Positions 1 to 12,726 are shown, counted from the first letter of the whole stretch. The stretch is 61,341 nucleotides of DNA, filler included, from Sphacelaria rigidula (GCA_964200075.2; 9 parts of 9 records of this genome joined end to end with filler, not necessarily neighbours in it), one strand, 5' to 3'. The notes: generated from the letters alone by a model not told the origin. Made by a program: numbers and translations.

Positions 1-190
1 CAGTCATGGAAGCACAACAGACAGGGCATGTCTAGCCTACACACGGCATACCGCTATCAGGAAAAACAGAAGCTGTTCAGAGTGTCCTATAATCAACCAT
101 GAAAACATGGGATGCAATCCGTACGTGGTATCCACAACATACAACTGTACCAGAAACCCAACAGACAGTAATATCCCGCCCTCAACGAAA
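1..190. repeat. Dispersed repeat; second copy at ~52610-52800
   Basis: Shares GTCTAGCCTACACACG..CGCTATCAG..CTGTTCAGAG.GTCCTATA.TCAACCATGAAAA with 52633-52711 on an unrelated contig. Confidence 0.75.
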
Positions 191-311
191 ATTTGGCGCC
201 TGCTCTGCTCTTCGCATTACAAGATAACAATATGCGGGCTTCTGTAGACACAAAAGCTGTGACACTAGCCATGGTCCACATCACGGTCTGTCTCGTGCGG
301 AAGCAGAGGGT

Positions 312-363
312 TCGGTAAGGTTGATCGGTAAGGTTGATCGGTAAGGCTGATCGGTAAGGTTGA
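312..363. repeat. 13-bp tandem repeat x4 (TCGGTAAGGTTGA)
   Basis: Four consecutive units with one substitution (GCTGA in unit 3). Confidence 0.95.
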
Positions 364-458
364 CGAGGTCACGGCAGGATAGATGACGAGGGTATGTTGG
401 GCAGGGTAAATGCCGTGGCATTTACCCGCCGGGGTTTTGTGTTGCGATGGTCCGATCT

Positions 459-695
459 CCAAACTCTGAGATAGCCAATACGCTTCGGGCCGAACCATCT
501 TAGCATTATGCAGCTCACCCTTCATGCGACTCGCAAAATATATCACGGCGCTTCGCGCTTGGTGATTGACTGCGAACCTGGTCCGGCGAAAACCTGGCAT
601 GCTCCGTCCTGGCTTTGTAGGGATGCGAGGTTAATGGTCATATGACTGCGGTATGCAAGATCATGAGTACACCCCCTCCCCCCCCTCCCACCCCC
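459..695 (+). mobile_element. Family A non-coding retroelement (SINE-like), 5'-truncated copy ending at a C-tract
   Basis: CAGCTCACCCTTCATGCGACTC...CTGGTCCGGCGAAAACC...GGGATGCGAGG...GATCATGAGTACA followed by C-rich tract; ~13 copies in the window. Confidence 0.85.
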
Positions 696-1059
696 GTTCT
701 CTTTCCCAACGTCTACACGTCTTCCCTCGGCCAGATGATTGTTGCGTCAAGCGTCGCCCGGGTCGACGACGATCTACGAAGCCCGCTACTCCTGTCGCTG
801 CCGTAAAAGCTTCCGCTACTGCGACACATGCTGACGGAAATACGCCATTTCGAAATATAAATATCTGTGGTGTCCGGGGTGGCAATGTCAAGAATGTGAT
901 GAGCGGCTTGGCTATATTCGCTCTGCTCGTGCTTTTGCTGCAGGATGCGAAGGAAGGGGAATTGCTGGGCATTAGGTGAAGGAACGTTCGTGGCTGCTTG
1001 GTAAAGTGCTTGCAACATGTCAATTTTGTACCCAACTAGGGGGATGACCGGGGAAAGCT

Positions 1060-1650
1060 GGGTTGACGCAGAAACTGATGTACCTCCGTCTTTTTCTATC
1101 GGTTGTTGATTTTGGTCATTAGTCAGTGGTCGTGCGGTGTTCCCTGGATCATGTGTTTGTACCTACCTACTCTATTGTTTTGTGCCTTTGGGCTTCGTCA
1201 CTTCCGTACTCTCCTTTTCTGTTCTCTCTGTTCTCTCCCGTCTCTCTCCCTCTCATGTGTTTTGTATTATCCTGGTGTATGCAAGTCGCAGTTTGGTGCC
1301 TTGCTTCCGTAGGATTTCATGGGTAAGAGCTTATGTCCAAAGTAGTGTGGCCGACACAGAAAGAACGCAATCTGCTCCCACGGCTTTTCATTTGCTTCGG
1401 GATTGTGTATGAGCGCATGTGCTTTCGCGCAATACCTTTTTCTACCCGAATCCATGTTGCAGAGGCCGGCCATTTCTAGTTGTTACATTGTTGTCTTGGC
1501 TTTTCTTGTTTTTCCTTTTAGCCTCGTACTCTGTTTGTCTGTTCTTCCTCTCTGTGTTGTTCACTTTTTTTTAGCGAGAGTTTTTGTTTTGTTTTTATCA
1601 CGGGGTACGTCCCTTATTATCATTATTATCATTAGTGTTATTGTTAGTTT
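1060..1650. repeat. Pyrimidine-rich dispersed repeat (family B); also ~15880-16430 and ~51915-52140
   Basis: Colinear similarity: CTATCGGTT.TTGATTTTG, GTGTATGCAAG..GCAGT, TTCCGTAGG.TTCATGGG, GAGGCCGGCCA..TCTAGTT; GCAATCTG.TCCCACG shared with 51922. Confidence 0.7.
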
Positions 1651-1943
1651 GTTCGAAAAAATCAACCATAGATTTACGACCAAAACTTAAGGTCGCCTCG
1701 GAAGGGAAGGGGTTGGACGCAAGTAGTGGCGAGCTCATCGCCCTCGACTTGAATACCCCGATGCCAACGTACACCGGAAATCGCATTATTATGCTTCCAA
1801 AAACATGAGATTTCGTGACATACTATAGTTGTCAACGTTGGATTTCTCCTCTGTTGCTCAGCTCGTCGCCCCGGACCCCGTCGACTATCCTATAGTATAC
1901 TGATGCACTGATGCCAACCGCTACTGGACTTGAGGTCAACGGT

Positions 1944-2269
1944 TTAACCCTTGCATTGCCAAGGTGAGCCACCTGTTGAATCGACACCGTCTTCATTGCT
2001 TCAAGAATGGACTCGAGACCCGGATCACCCATGTTGGCGATCAAAAGGTCAACTTTTAGACGGCAAGAGTAGATCAGCTGTTGAATCGGCTTCAATTTCA
2101 CTTGAAAAAAGTGTGCATGATCCAGGTGAACTACCCTCGCGGTCCAGGGGTTAACCCTTTGACCACAAGGGGGTAGGTGATCAGTTGGGTAGGCGTCCTT
2201 GACGACATTTTTCAAGTGTAGACTGTTTCCGATTGAGAAGATCGTCTACCCTAGCGGTCAAAGGATTAT
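1944..2269. mobile_element. Three head-to-tail piggyBac-like ~100-bp MITEs
   Basis: Units 1948-2048, 2053-2150 and 2155-2265 bounded by TTAA/TCAA/TTAA/TTAT; the middle unit matches the 12727-12824 and 59791-59892 elements. Confidence 0.65.
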
Positions 2270-2796
2270 GTTCAATTATTATTTTTTTATTTTTGTCGCA
2301 CGCTAGCCCGATCTCTCGAACCTGTTGTCACAGACGCAGGCTCGTCTTTCCAAAACCATCCCTTCCATTTCTTTATAAGGGATGGAGTTCTCATCGCTTC
2401 TTCCGAGACTGGAGAAAAAGCAAAAACACAATAAATAAACAACATGAAATGAAAACAGGAAGGGCAGAGACGTCAAAAAGCAGAAGAGGAAAAACTTCCC
2501 TGGAGGTCATCGGGGTGAGGTAAAAGCAAAGCCTCAGGTTTTTTACAAAGTATACAGAAGAAGCAAATGAAGGAAAGCAAGAGAGAAGACAGAGGAGACA
2601 AGAGGGGCAAGATACGCGTCATCCACGACATGTTTCAGGTGTAGAGGATGTCGATTCAACAGATCGCATAACCTGACGATCCAAGTCGAAGGGTTACTGA
2701 GACGTAGGCGATCTGTTGAATCGCTACGATTTTACACTTGAATGATGAGGTTACTAATGCCCACTCAACAAATCGCCTACAGGCTGGTTCGGGGTG

Positions 2797-3114
2797 AACA
2801 CCCCAAGCGTACTCATCCGCAAAACCTCACGGAGGTTTGTGGAGTTGGGCTCGGAAATAATGCACACACGTACTCTGGGTAGGGCATTGCAAAACATTTG
2901 AGTTTTTTTCCATTTCGCCGGTTACCGAGGGTCCCCGGGTTTGTGGGGGTTTTCGGGCATTACATTCCGTTCTGGTACCCCCGAAAACCGGCGAAAAAAA
3001 TGAAATCCCGTCCTCAGAAAATTTCCTAGTGACCTAACGTACATGTGTGCAAAGCTTCAAAGTCTAACTCCGAACACCTGCGGGAGGTTTTGTGGATGAA
3101 TGCGCTGAGGTGTA
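2797..3114. mobile_element. Foldback MITE with long degenerate inverted arms (Tc1/mariner-like ends)
   Basis: CACCCCAAGCGTACTCATCCGCAAAACCTC..GGAGTT is inverse to AACTCC..GAGGTTTTGTGGATGAATGCGCTGAGGTG|TA; inner TTTCGCCGGTT / AACCGGCGAAA also inverted. Confidence 0.7.
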
Positions 3115-3811
3115 CCATGCTGATACAACGTCCTGACTAGTTGATTTTAGTATAGAAGGCCTCTTTTGACGTCTCCGCCTGCATCAGTGTATCGAGTTAC
3201 GCAACCAAACTTCGTACGAATGTTCCTTAGACTGCGCCGGGACAAATACATTTTTTCTTTCACAATTCTTGTTTTTTCCGTCGAAACCGTCTGTACCGGC
3301 TGCCGGGGGTCTCCATGCCTGCACCCCCGGAAGCCGGTACAGAGCAGATAATCTTTTAAACACTTTTCAACAATGATTTTTGTCCGTTTGGAGCACCAAT
3401 ACCCACGGAACTGCCAAGTTTGAGGGCGCTCTGAGTTTTTCTGTTGCAGATATAAGGAAAACCGTAGGCTCCCTGGTTCTGTGTTGCATACCATCGGAGG
3501 AAATCCGACGACTCCAAAACCACATATGACCGAAACACAACTTCTCGGATGTGTAATTCGATCCCATAGCAACCGTTTTCAAACCTGTTTTTCCGTTCGA
3601 GTCCCGAGCCGATGTCCCCTCGCCATGAGGCATGCGGAGGGTGGGCCAAAATTGGGATAGAAATTCGTATATTGAATCTCAGAACATTTTCAAGACCGCT
3701 GATTGGTAGAGACACATTTTCGTCCGTAGTGCCACCCTTATAACCCGAAAAAACATTCACCCATATCACCCTCTTCAGTTGTCCGTGGCGGTCAGTATGA
3801 TTCCGTGCATG

Positions 3812-4120
3812 CGGCTATTGGGTAGGCCTTGCGGAAGGAATTCGCTGATGGAACCAATTCTGGGTGTTTAACGTGAACCAGCCTCGTACCCTGGCGCGAT
3901 GAACGGGTTGAAAATCCTGAAAAGTTGCGCGATATCAGATTTCCAAAACCATTTAATGATTTCCCGTGTCGGTCGGCATCGGTTCATCGTGGGCCGGGTC
4001 GATGAGCTCGGGTTGGGCTTGCTCTCACATATTTCATGAGTCTTTTTTCGGATGAGGCGAAGGGCTCCTGACAATTATAACCTGAGGAATTCCATGTGCA
4101 CCCCTACCCAGAAACGCCCG
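3812..4120 (-). mobile_element. Degenerate relative of the Sola-like MITE family H
   Basis: 4021-4120 is the reverse complement of the 48716-48816 end (GGTAGGGGTGCAC...AGGAGCCCT...TGAAATATGTGAGAGC); left boundary approximate. Confidence 0.55.
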
Positions 4121-4276
4121 ATCAACGGACAGACTTTGACCGGGAAGACTCACCGAGCAACTGCGTAAGTAGGACCAAAAGGAATCAGTCTAGACTTATC
4201 ACGCTCGGATCTTTGTGGGGTGGTGGGCTCACAGGTGTTCTCCACAATGCGCAGGATGCGTTTTTTTTCTTCTCTT

Positions 4277-4505
4277 TCTTGAAAGGAAGGAGGAAACCTC
4301 ACCCAACACTTACCCCGTCAACGGATTTGTGTGCGGCTCACCCGGAGGCTCGGTCTGACTGCCTCGTGGTAGTCATGTGGGGTTGGCACCTCGAGCGTTC
4401 GGACAGCTTTGCTCAGGACAACGTGGGGTTTGAACCCACTCAACACCCTGCTAACATGACGCAGGGGACGCGCCGCCCTACTATTACCACGAGTTGGTCC
4501 AGCTG
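4277..4505 (-). mobile_element. tRNA-derived SINE family F
   Basis: Minus-strand B-box-like GGGTTCAAACCC; colinear copies at 16520-16730 and 43625-43848. Confidence 0.7.
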
Positions 4506-5442
4506 ACGGTGGTTCGCGAATGTATCCGGGCCGGGCGGTGGATAATCCGGAGCGCTGGGTGCTGAAATTTTCACACGATATTTTGATCATCGCTGAGATT
4601 TTTACACCACCAATGTTGCGCTCTTTCTGGTGCCCGCTCTAGTTGGGAGGATGTTGTGTAGATGTCACTTTGATCGGCACGGAGATTTCGGGTTTTTTTG
4701 TTCAATAGACATCAAGAGTAATCCTTAGGTGTTGTTAGTGGGGAAGGACGATGAGTCCGTGACGCGCTGTCATGTTCATTGCACTCCTGTAGGGTAATAG
4801 TATCCAAACCATATGTGCAAGCCATATTTACACATGTGGTCGAGAGGCCCCCATGCTACGGCAAATACCGTCCCAAAAATAATGAGGAACGGAGCAAGCC
4901 GCAAGGGTCTGTCTTCCCTACAGCGTGTGTTACCCATGAGTAGCACGATATCATGAGGTAGGGGAACAGGGTAGCCTGCCTGGTACACCTTCTTGCCCTT
5001 GATGGCACATACCACATGTCGCGAAGAGGTAATTTGCTTTGTCTACTCTTCAATACCCAAACTACCACAAAATGACCATCACTCAGCAGGGAAAGCGGTC
5101 GCCACCCCTTGGCCGGCCTTTCCCCATGTTGTATCGTAGAGTAAGCACGGAAGAGTTGTCCATGTTTGACGACGCCGGTTGGCAACGACGAAATGTAGAT
5201 TACGGCACAGCGTACGGGGAAGGGTAGGACGTACGGTAGGTTACGGCACCCTTGAGATGGATACGCTGGTGACCAGACAATGACACGCGCTACGTTTTCT
5301 TTTATTTCCCTCCTGCCTTGAACATTCATCTTGTGACCTTGGCTTAGTTTGGAACCATAAACAAGGACAGGTCCACCTACTGCACCGTACTTCTGAAGAT
5401 CCTCGTTGTCGGCAACTAGTTCCACGTCCGCCATCCTCTCAT

Positions 5443-5667
5443 GTGCTATACCATGCCGTTGATCTCCGCAGCAGGAGGTGGAAGTCATATAGCGGCGAAA
5501 ATAGACGGAGCGGATTATTTTCCACGATTCTCGTGTCTGCGGCTACCTCTAGTAGTAGTGCTGCTGAGTCGCACCACTGGTCGGAGGGCGGTGTGGTGGT
5601 GCCTCTGAAGGCGGCCGGCTTTCAGTACACCACGAACGTTTCCATCTCGGAGGGCAACTTCACGCTG
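5443..5667 (+). CDS. Candidate exon, possibly N-terminal part of a pepsin-like (A1) aspartic protease
   Basis: ...VVVPLKAAGFQYTTNVSISEGNFTL ends in phase 0 at a GTGAGA donor (5668); resembles the Y-x-x-x-I-x-I-G...F-x-L segment that precedes the catalytic DTGS, which is not seen in this contig; 5' boundary unknown. Confidence 0.35.
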
Positions 5668-6488
5668 GTGAGAACTCGAAATAGGTGTCATAGTTATATG
5701 TGCTTCGAAGTATTGTCGTTGCTGGTAACAGCAGTAATGGTGGTGGGTTAGTAGTGGCGGTATTGGTGGTGGTGGATTAGTGGTAGTAGTGGTGGTATTG
5801 GTGGTATTCGAGGTGGTAGTAGTAGCAGTAGAAATTGTGACTATCGTGGTCTTCGAGATTTGTTTTCGCTCTCAACGTTACAAGTAGTATTAAGGATTGA
5901 ATGGTTGACGATTTTCGCACATTTCATCCCTTTTCCCGGAACAATGCGCAAACGACGCGCGTGTAAAGCCGACCTGTTTCATTGGTTCTACTTTTTTTGC
6001 AGATCGCCACGTGTTTTTTTTCCCGCATGCTGTGTCCGGAATTCCGGGCTAGTTCAGTTCTTCCCATGCCATTACGTTACCCACCAGTTTGCGCACGTAG
6101 CACAGACGAGTACCGCCCACTGCAGTACTGTGCACTGCCCAAACGATCGGCCAGCACGCGGACGGTGATACATGAAAAACATGTGAGATCTATACTCCAC
6201 GTACTTGAACACGCTGCCCCTCAGCATCCTTCTGCGGTGCTCGAATCTCCACGTACTCTTCATGTGACCACGGCTGGACCCCTGGGAGGGCAGATGAAGA
6301 GCGACAATCAATCAAATAAATCAATCAAATATATCGAAATCCTCGCCCCCGATGAAACCTGGCGGAGCACAACTACGGCCTTTGATTAGCGTGCTTTCAA
6401 CCCTTCCCCTTGCGCGAGACCCTCTGTGCTCTTCACCCTGTACAAGCTCGGTTTCACTTCTCACCGCCCAGGCTCACGGCTAATCTTC

Positions 6489-6696
6489 CAAGGGCAGGTT
6501 AAGTAGACTATACTCAATTGCGAGGTATTTTTGAAAGGCGCACTTAAGGTACTCAAATTAGGGAAGAGTGTTGGGAGACGTGTACCCCAAAAATAACTGG
6601 AAAGCGGTCCCTACAACCCTATCCCCAATTTGTGTACTTCAAGTACGACTTTCAAAATACCCCTCAACTGAGTATACTCTACTCGACCTGCCCTCG
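6489..6696. mobile_element. hAT-like MITE family C with ~70-bp TIRs
   Basis: CAAGGGCAGG...CCTGCCCTCG ends; flanks TAATCTTC / CAATCTTT (degenerate 8-bp TSD); second copy 14620-14824. Confidence 0.8.
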
Positions 6697-6728
6697 CAAT
6701 CTTTCAAGGGTCGGACAAATAATGATTC

Positions 6729-6828
6729 NNNNNNNNNNNNNNNNNNNNNNNNNNNNNNNNNNNNNNNNNNNNTTAATTAATTAANNNNNNNNNNNNNNNN
6801 NNNNNNNNNNNNNNNNNNNNNNNNNNNN
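6729..6828. other. Artificial contig linker N44-TTAATTAATTAA-N44
   Basis: Identical 100-bp spacer with six-frame stop cassette. Confidence 0.99.
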
Positions 6829-6905
6829 AACAATGAGTTGCTTTATTCTGTGGTATCGCCACTTCCAGAGACAGCCACGGCTTTTACACTGCCTCATGGG
6901 CGCAT
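6829..6905 (-). mobile_element. Family A 5' part, cut by contig start
   Basis: Reverse complement of GCCCATGAGGCAGTGTAAAAGCCGTGGCTGTCTCTGGAAGTGGCGATACC..AATAAAGCAACTCATTG (compare 33885-33955). Confidence 0.8.
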
Positions 6906-7429
6906 ACTTTTCGCTGTGGGGGGGGCGTAGTAGCACGTAGAAGGAGCATGGCCAAGTGATCTTGCAGCGGGACCATGTAAAGAATGATATGCGAGTACAC
7001 TGACATAGAAACCCACGACCATATCTGGTACCTCTCATGCTGCCTCCGGATCGCGGTGCTCGTATTTCGTGTGGGCTCTCGAATGCCATATCTTCGGCTG
7101 GTGGTTCGCGCAGCGATCCCAACAAAATTCCCCTCAATTTGAAAACAATACTCTGCGTTTCTTCTTCAGCAAAACCGATTATCAAATGATTACTCAGGGA
7201 AACAATGTATTTTCCTCTGAGTCTGAACAAACTGGGCGCCAGCCTGAATCAGATACACTTGTAGTCGACGCACGTAAATGTGAGGTTTGTGAGCGCTGGC
7301 GCGGAGACAGACAATCTAAATCAATGGAGTATGACAATAATCATGGAAAATGACAAGCTGTCGCATGTGTCGGGCCTGTTGCAGCAGCGCCGTCTGCAGT
7401 GCTTCTCTGCAACAGAGCACAGACTGACA

Positions 7430-7654
7430 ATGCTGAGAACACTGGTTCGAGGGAGGGTCTCAAACAACACGGGCTTAGGCCTTAGCCTTGGAATTGGTCT
7501 AGGTCTAGTCATATCCTGCTCCTCTGTACCCCCGAAGTGTAAGTCGGGAGAAGTACGCAGTGAGGCGGGCGATGGCAGCGGCGGGAGTAGTGTGGATACC
7601 GAATCCAAACCCAGTCTGGGGAGCCATGAGGACGAGCCTACTTTCAGAGAGGAT
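7430..7654 (+). CDS. Candidate first coding exon of an unknown protein with a possible mitochondrial presequence; possible next exon 8366-8430 (YVDPHKIIYAVWSFSNSCVLT)
   Basis: ATG MLRTLVRGRVSNNTGLGLSLGIGLGLVISC...EPTFRED then consensus GTGAGT donor in phase 0; phase-0 CTACAG acceptor before 8366. Confidence 0.45.
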
Positions 7655-10600
7655 GTGAGTACTGCTGTAATGTCGTGGAAATTTGCCAGTGAGCGAGTGG
7701 CGCGTGGCTGAAACTGGCAAGGGATGCGATGATAACGGAATGATGCGACGTGAGGATTCAAGTTCAGACAACATTGTACAACACAGCACATGGTGCCTGC
7801 CCTCAAGTGGCACCCGCAGTCCCTTCCGAGAACATGTGAACTCATGGATTCTGTTCCGAGATTTGTTCCCTGTCCTTCTCACGCGGTTTAACCGGTTTTT
7901 GTAGGCGTAGATGGACGCTAGGAGGACATGGGCGCTCGGCAGATGTGACGCAAGATGCAAGGCAAGGTTTGAGCCAAAAGGTGTACAGCGGCAGTTGTCA
8001 TGGTTGGTTGAGGCAGTTGCACGTCTTTTGTCATCTGTGTATCACTTCTCTCTCTGTTGTGAGGACTGTGCTGTTGGGCTCAGTATTTATGCGATGGGTA
8101 GACCCACGACCCCACGACGCTGTCAATGCTCCCCAGCACGGTTTCTGTAGAAGTGTTCAAGGACGGATTGCCGTGGCGTAGCCAGTGGCTTCAGGAATTT
8201 GTGCGAGGGATACGCTAAACGCTGCGGCTCCATTCGCATTGCTTGCGTGTGAGCGAAATTGTGCTTCTACTGCTCACCTGGCTACTGGGGGCCGAGAGAA
8301 GAAATTACGGAACCTCAGGCAGATGATCAAACACCACCTGACCAGGCCAGCATCGTTGCCTACAGTACGTGGACCCCCACAAGATTATTTATGCCGTGTG
8401 GTCGTTCAGCAACAGCTGCGTGTTGACCACGTACATATACTGTGGGCGCGATAATTTTAAACTCGTCCCGAGACGGATCATGACATATCCACGACTAGTT
8501 ATGACGCTCCGCATGTGGTGGCAACGGCCTCTAAAAGTAGGCGTTCTCTCCACTGAAAACAACTAATCCGAGTCCCTGGGAAAGGCCACCCGCTCAGCGT
8601 CGAACGAGGTTCCTCGGGTATTCGAAGTATCAATGTTAGACGTTTCATGCTGTGAGCCAGATTGCGACGAACCGGTTTTACCACGAGCCTCAACGAGCAC
8701 TGACAAATCCCATCACAGCAATACCGATGTCCAGCGAGACAGTCACTACCACAGTTACAGCGTCCCCCTCAAGCTCGTGGTGATGTTTTACAGAAGTGCA
8801 GCTAGCTGTAACCCACACTAGAGGTCGATGTGTGTAGAGGTCAGGTGTCCCGCTTCGGTTCCCCAACGAACGTCCAGCAGTTTGGTGCTGCGGGCGACAG
8901 CTCCTGCCTGTACGTCGAGGTGGCCGCATACCTCTGCATACATGAATGAAGGATACTACTACACTGTACTGTGGATGCAAAATCTACAGGACATATACAC
9001 ACATATATAGCCGTCCTTCCCTTCCCCGCCATTTATGTTTTTTTATGTATACTGTAGCAGTCTTTGTGCCCAGCTCCCACAGAGCTCGCGGATAAGCGTT
9101 CTTGTCCCAATAATGTGGTTCCCGAAGAACTGAGGCGCAACCTGTGTCCGCGGCCCTCCTCCCCCCCCCCCCCGTTTCGATTGATCTTGCTATGACCTCT
9201 CTACCGGAGGACATGTGGCAGGGGCCGGCCATGTATCTGTGTTGTTGAGCTTGTTGTTGGTGTGCTTCTTTGTAGCAGGACTGGTTCTTTATCTATCTTG
9301 TTTTTTTTTATATTTTCCCTTCCCTTCCCTTCCTTTTCGATTTCTTTTTTCTTGTGCATGTGAGCTTGTATTTTGCTTTTTTTTTATCTTCCCTTTCTTG
9401 TTTCTCAGTTTACCCAGTTCTATTGCTCTATTTTTGTTTTCTCTCGAGCTTTCATAAGTGAGTCCCGTTTTATTTCCCTTGAGTACGTCTATCCTGTGAC
9501 TACGACCGAAGTCGTGGGAATAATCAGTTAACGTGCGCCGGTTAATCAAATCAGTCAAAAAGTGCAGAGCAACAGCAGGCCGGCCCACGAGGACTATGTA
9601 GAGTGCACCCGACAACGTACTGCGCAACTCCCATTTTTGAAAGCCAGAGGTATGAGCCTGCATTCCGTGTTCTTCAAAACACGATCCACACCCAAACTCT
9701 AAGTCGTGCCGAGCCCTACGATTCTCAATCCCGCCCACGTGTCCACCGCTGTATCACTCGACGGCTGCTACTATTTGGCTGAGAAGAGGTTTCCCCTCAT
9801 TGCGGATCCAGTAGCGTGAATGGTGACACATTTGTGTGCCGCGGTCCGCAACCCCTTACCCGTTCATTTTGTTTTTGATCGAAGCAATTTTTCTTAACTG
9901 TCTCAAGTGGGCGATTAAGGATCGAGCTGTGACATCAGGAACCCAAGAGATTAACATCGTCCCCGGGCTCTTGACCTCCAGGTCGTCACCAACGTGTGGT
10001 CTAAAAGAAGTGAAAGTGTGCATGTTGTTTGTTTGTATTGAATTCACGATATCCTTGGGCAGAGGCCGCAAGGGATTGAAAAGCGTCAGGCAGTCTATGA
10101 TAATCTCCAGACATGAAGCACCACGGACAGAGACAAGGCTACGAGTCGCTTGACCGCAATGGCCGGTTGCGTATGTGTTGCGATTGTAGGGACTGGGTAT
10201 GAGCTAAAGAGAATGTGGTTGCTCTCGGTCAAGGTCCGCGTGCATTTGCTTCTGAATTTATCACAAAATTCATTATCCATGGCATTGTAAAATCGATCGC
10301 TCACCTGTGTCGCGCCCGATTGAGTTCCATGTTTTCATGTGCGGCAATCAATCAACCAATCTATCTCTCGCAGTAGGATACGACATGGCGATTTAAATGT
10401 TGATATCGCCCGGCCTGTACTTGCCATTACCCACGTACTGTGGGCATGTTTCCTGTGCCTCGTACTTAAAGCACCGCCGTTTATCACTCTCTTGGTGGTG
10501 GGATTCGAATGGCCGATGTTTTGGCGGTGCACGCGCACCGGTGGTCCAATGGTACAATTGAGCCATTTGGTCGGCAAAAACGCGGGCGCGATCCCCAGAA

Positions 10601-10788
10601 GATGCATTTGAGTATTTTCTGAAACATTTTTTAATCCCAGTTTCTGCGAATCCAACAGGTCTCCTGGTGTCTGTCGGTAGAAAAGCTCTAGCCACGAGGA
10701 ACGTTCCTCACGTCCTCGGCTGGACCGTTCTCGGAGGAATACTTTGAGCGATGTGTACGCTCCGGAAGAAAGGGCGTCGTCCACAACA

Positions 10789-10986
10789 TCAGCAAGCATA
10801 TTTTGTGAGCTTTGCTCGGTTCGGTGTCTTCCCCTGCTCATCCGTGACGAAATGCGAGGCTTCCCCTCGCATCCTTTCCCACTCTTGTGAGCTTCCATAC
10901 TTCCCTACCCAGATCTCCCGGATACCAAAATTTAAGGCTTTCGCCGGGGGAGATACGGGTCGATACCTGGAGACCGCGAACTCATC
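10789..10986 (-). CDS. Candidate terminal exon of an unknown protein (DEFAVSRYRP...RAKLTKYAC*)
   Basis: TCTCTCATCAG acceptor, 65 sense codons to TGA, protein-like composition; family not recognised. Confidence 0.4.
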   Translation of the reverse strand, partial: DEFAVSRYRPVSPPAKALNFGIREIWVGKYGSSQEWERMRGEASHFVTDEQGKTPNRAKLTKYAC

Positions 10987-11899
10987 CTGATGAGAGACGG
11001 GGGTTGTCAGTGTGCCAAGCAAAAAAACAAACAAACATTAATTCGCGCTCTTTACCTCATTTCTTATTTTGGTTCAACTCGCTTGGGTTCTTGGATCAAG
11101 CTGCCGCGTGTCTCGTTTGTGGTGGTGTTGGTGTGCTGCAGTAGGAGAGATGGCCGTGAGTGCGGTACTGCGCTGCTATTTTTTCATATTGTAATCTGTC
11201 GTTCGTTCTCATCACGCCATAGGTGCGTTATTCCTGTCTTGAATGGTTCCTCGTTTTTCTCGTTGAAGCCTTTGATGTACTCCTAACTCCGATAGGAGAT
11301 TGGGTCCTTGTCACCAACAAAAAAGGGGGGGGGGGGGGGAGTTTTTTTTTTTTTCTTTCTCGGTTTCTTTTAAAAAGTTTTTTTCCGCCCACCAACTACG
11401 CANNNNNNNNNNTTTTTTTTTCGTTTTTTCTCTTGTTTCTTCTTTAGTCAGGGGTTGGGGTGTTTTTTGTTCAAAAAAAAGAGGGGGGGGGGGGGGGGGG
11501 ATGTCTTTTTTTTCGCTTGATCGATTGATTCTCAAAAGCTTATCTCGGCCCACACAGCGCGAATCTCGCATCACTTGATTTATCATCTCTTGTGCAGGCA
11601 AGATGCTCTCGTGAGCTTTCGTATTGTTTTTCAGCAGCTATCGTCTCTTGCGACAAAAGCGCAAATCGTGTTGAGCTTTCATACCAAGTATGCCGTGGAT
11701 GCTGCGTTAACTACGAACCTGTTGAAGTTGGGTTATTCCACCTTGCGATCCGCAGTTCAAGCCTGAAGCCAACCGGCCGTGGATTGTTAAGAAAAACATG
11801 CTTTTTGGCACAGAAATCGGAAATGAGGAGTGTACACCTAGACAACAGCACCCGAAGAAGATACGATGGCTACACAAACCCACATCACCGGGCTGCACA

Positions 11900-12510
11900 G
11901 ATAGACAGCGCCGTGTTCCGTCCCCATTTCTGTGCAGACGTGAACACCGCAGCAGTACAGCAGCTGAGGCAATGTCCAGCGCAGATCAAACCGTCCTCGC
12001 AGGGTTCGAACGCACCACAGTACAGCAGCTACAGCACAGAAGTGATGAGTGTGGGCACGAAGCCCGTTGCTCGTTTTACAGGAGACCCAACCGCTGACAC
12101 GACATGGCGGCTTCATCAGTGTGTAGAGAGGCTTGCGTGCGGATTACACGTCTTGTACCTACCGGGACTCAACTGCAGCGCAGCAGATCATGCAATCTCA
12201 ATCTCCAGCGCAGATCGAACCGTGTTCCCAGGGTTCAAACGCACCATGCTACAGTGTTGGCTCGGGAATGATGGGTGTGGGCACGAAACGCCTTGATCGT
12301 TGCGGAAGACAGCGTCCACCACAGACATGTTGACATATTCAGTCGACAAGACAGCACTGCGTACCGACAAGAATAATTTTGCACACAGCGGAATTACAAC
12401 AGCAATGCAGCAAGCTCAGGCAATACCAGCCCGTGACCAAGTCGTCTTTTCAAGGTCTGAAAACACCACAGTACAGTCACAGCTACAGCACAATGAGAGA
12501 GGGCGTGAGT
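11900..12510. repeat. Three degenerate ~220-230-bp tandem units
   Basis: CCAGCGCAGATC.AACCGT..C.CAGGGTTC.AACGCACCA recurs near 11976, 12205 and (more diverged) 12426. Confidence 0.7.
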
Positions 12511-12726
12511 GTGCTTGTACTTCGGTACAATAAAGAGACATTTTCCACATTCTAATTTTTTACCCGATTTTGAAATACCTTTCACTCGAGGTCGGGCGTT
12601 CAACATAGAGTGCCGATTTTGGTCGGAAACCCGCCCGCTGACCAAATTTCAATGTCGTGGGTCACTTTTATTCTTACTGGTCACTGATTTCGTTGCATAT
12701 GATATGTTTCTTCACATTTCGTTTAA

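Noticed and set aside
4856..5488. Long ORF-track entries such as 4856-5488 (210 aa), 11592-12296 (234 aa), 14649-15188 and 22995-23663
   Set aside because: No recognisable motifs; they run through repeats or are antisense shadows, as expected by chance at this GC content.
6773..6784. TTAATTAATTAA as a piggyBac footprint or regulatory motif
   Set aside because: It is centred in identical N spacers eight times; it is a synthetic six-frame stop linker.
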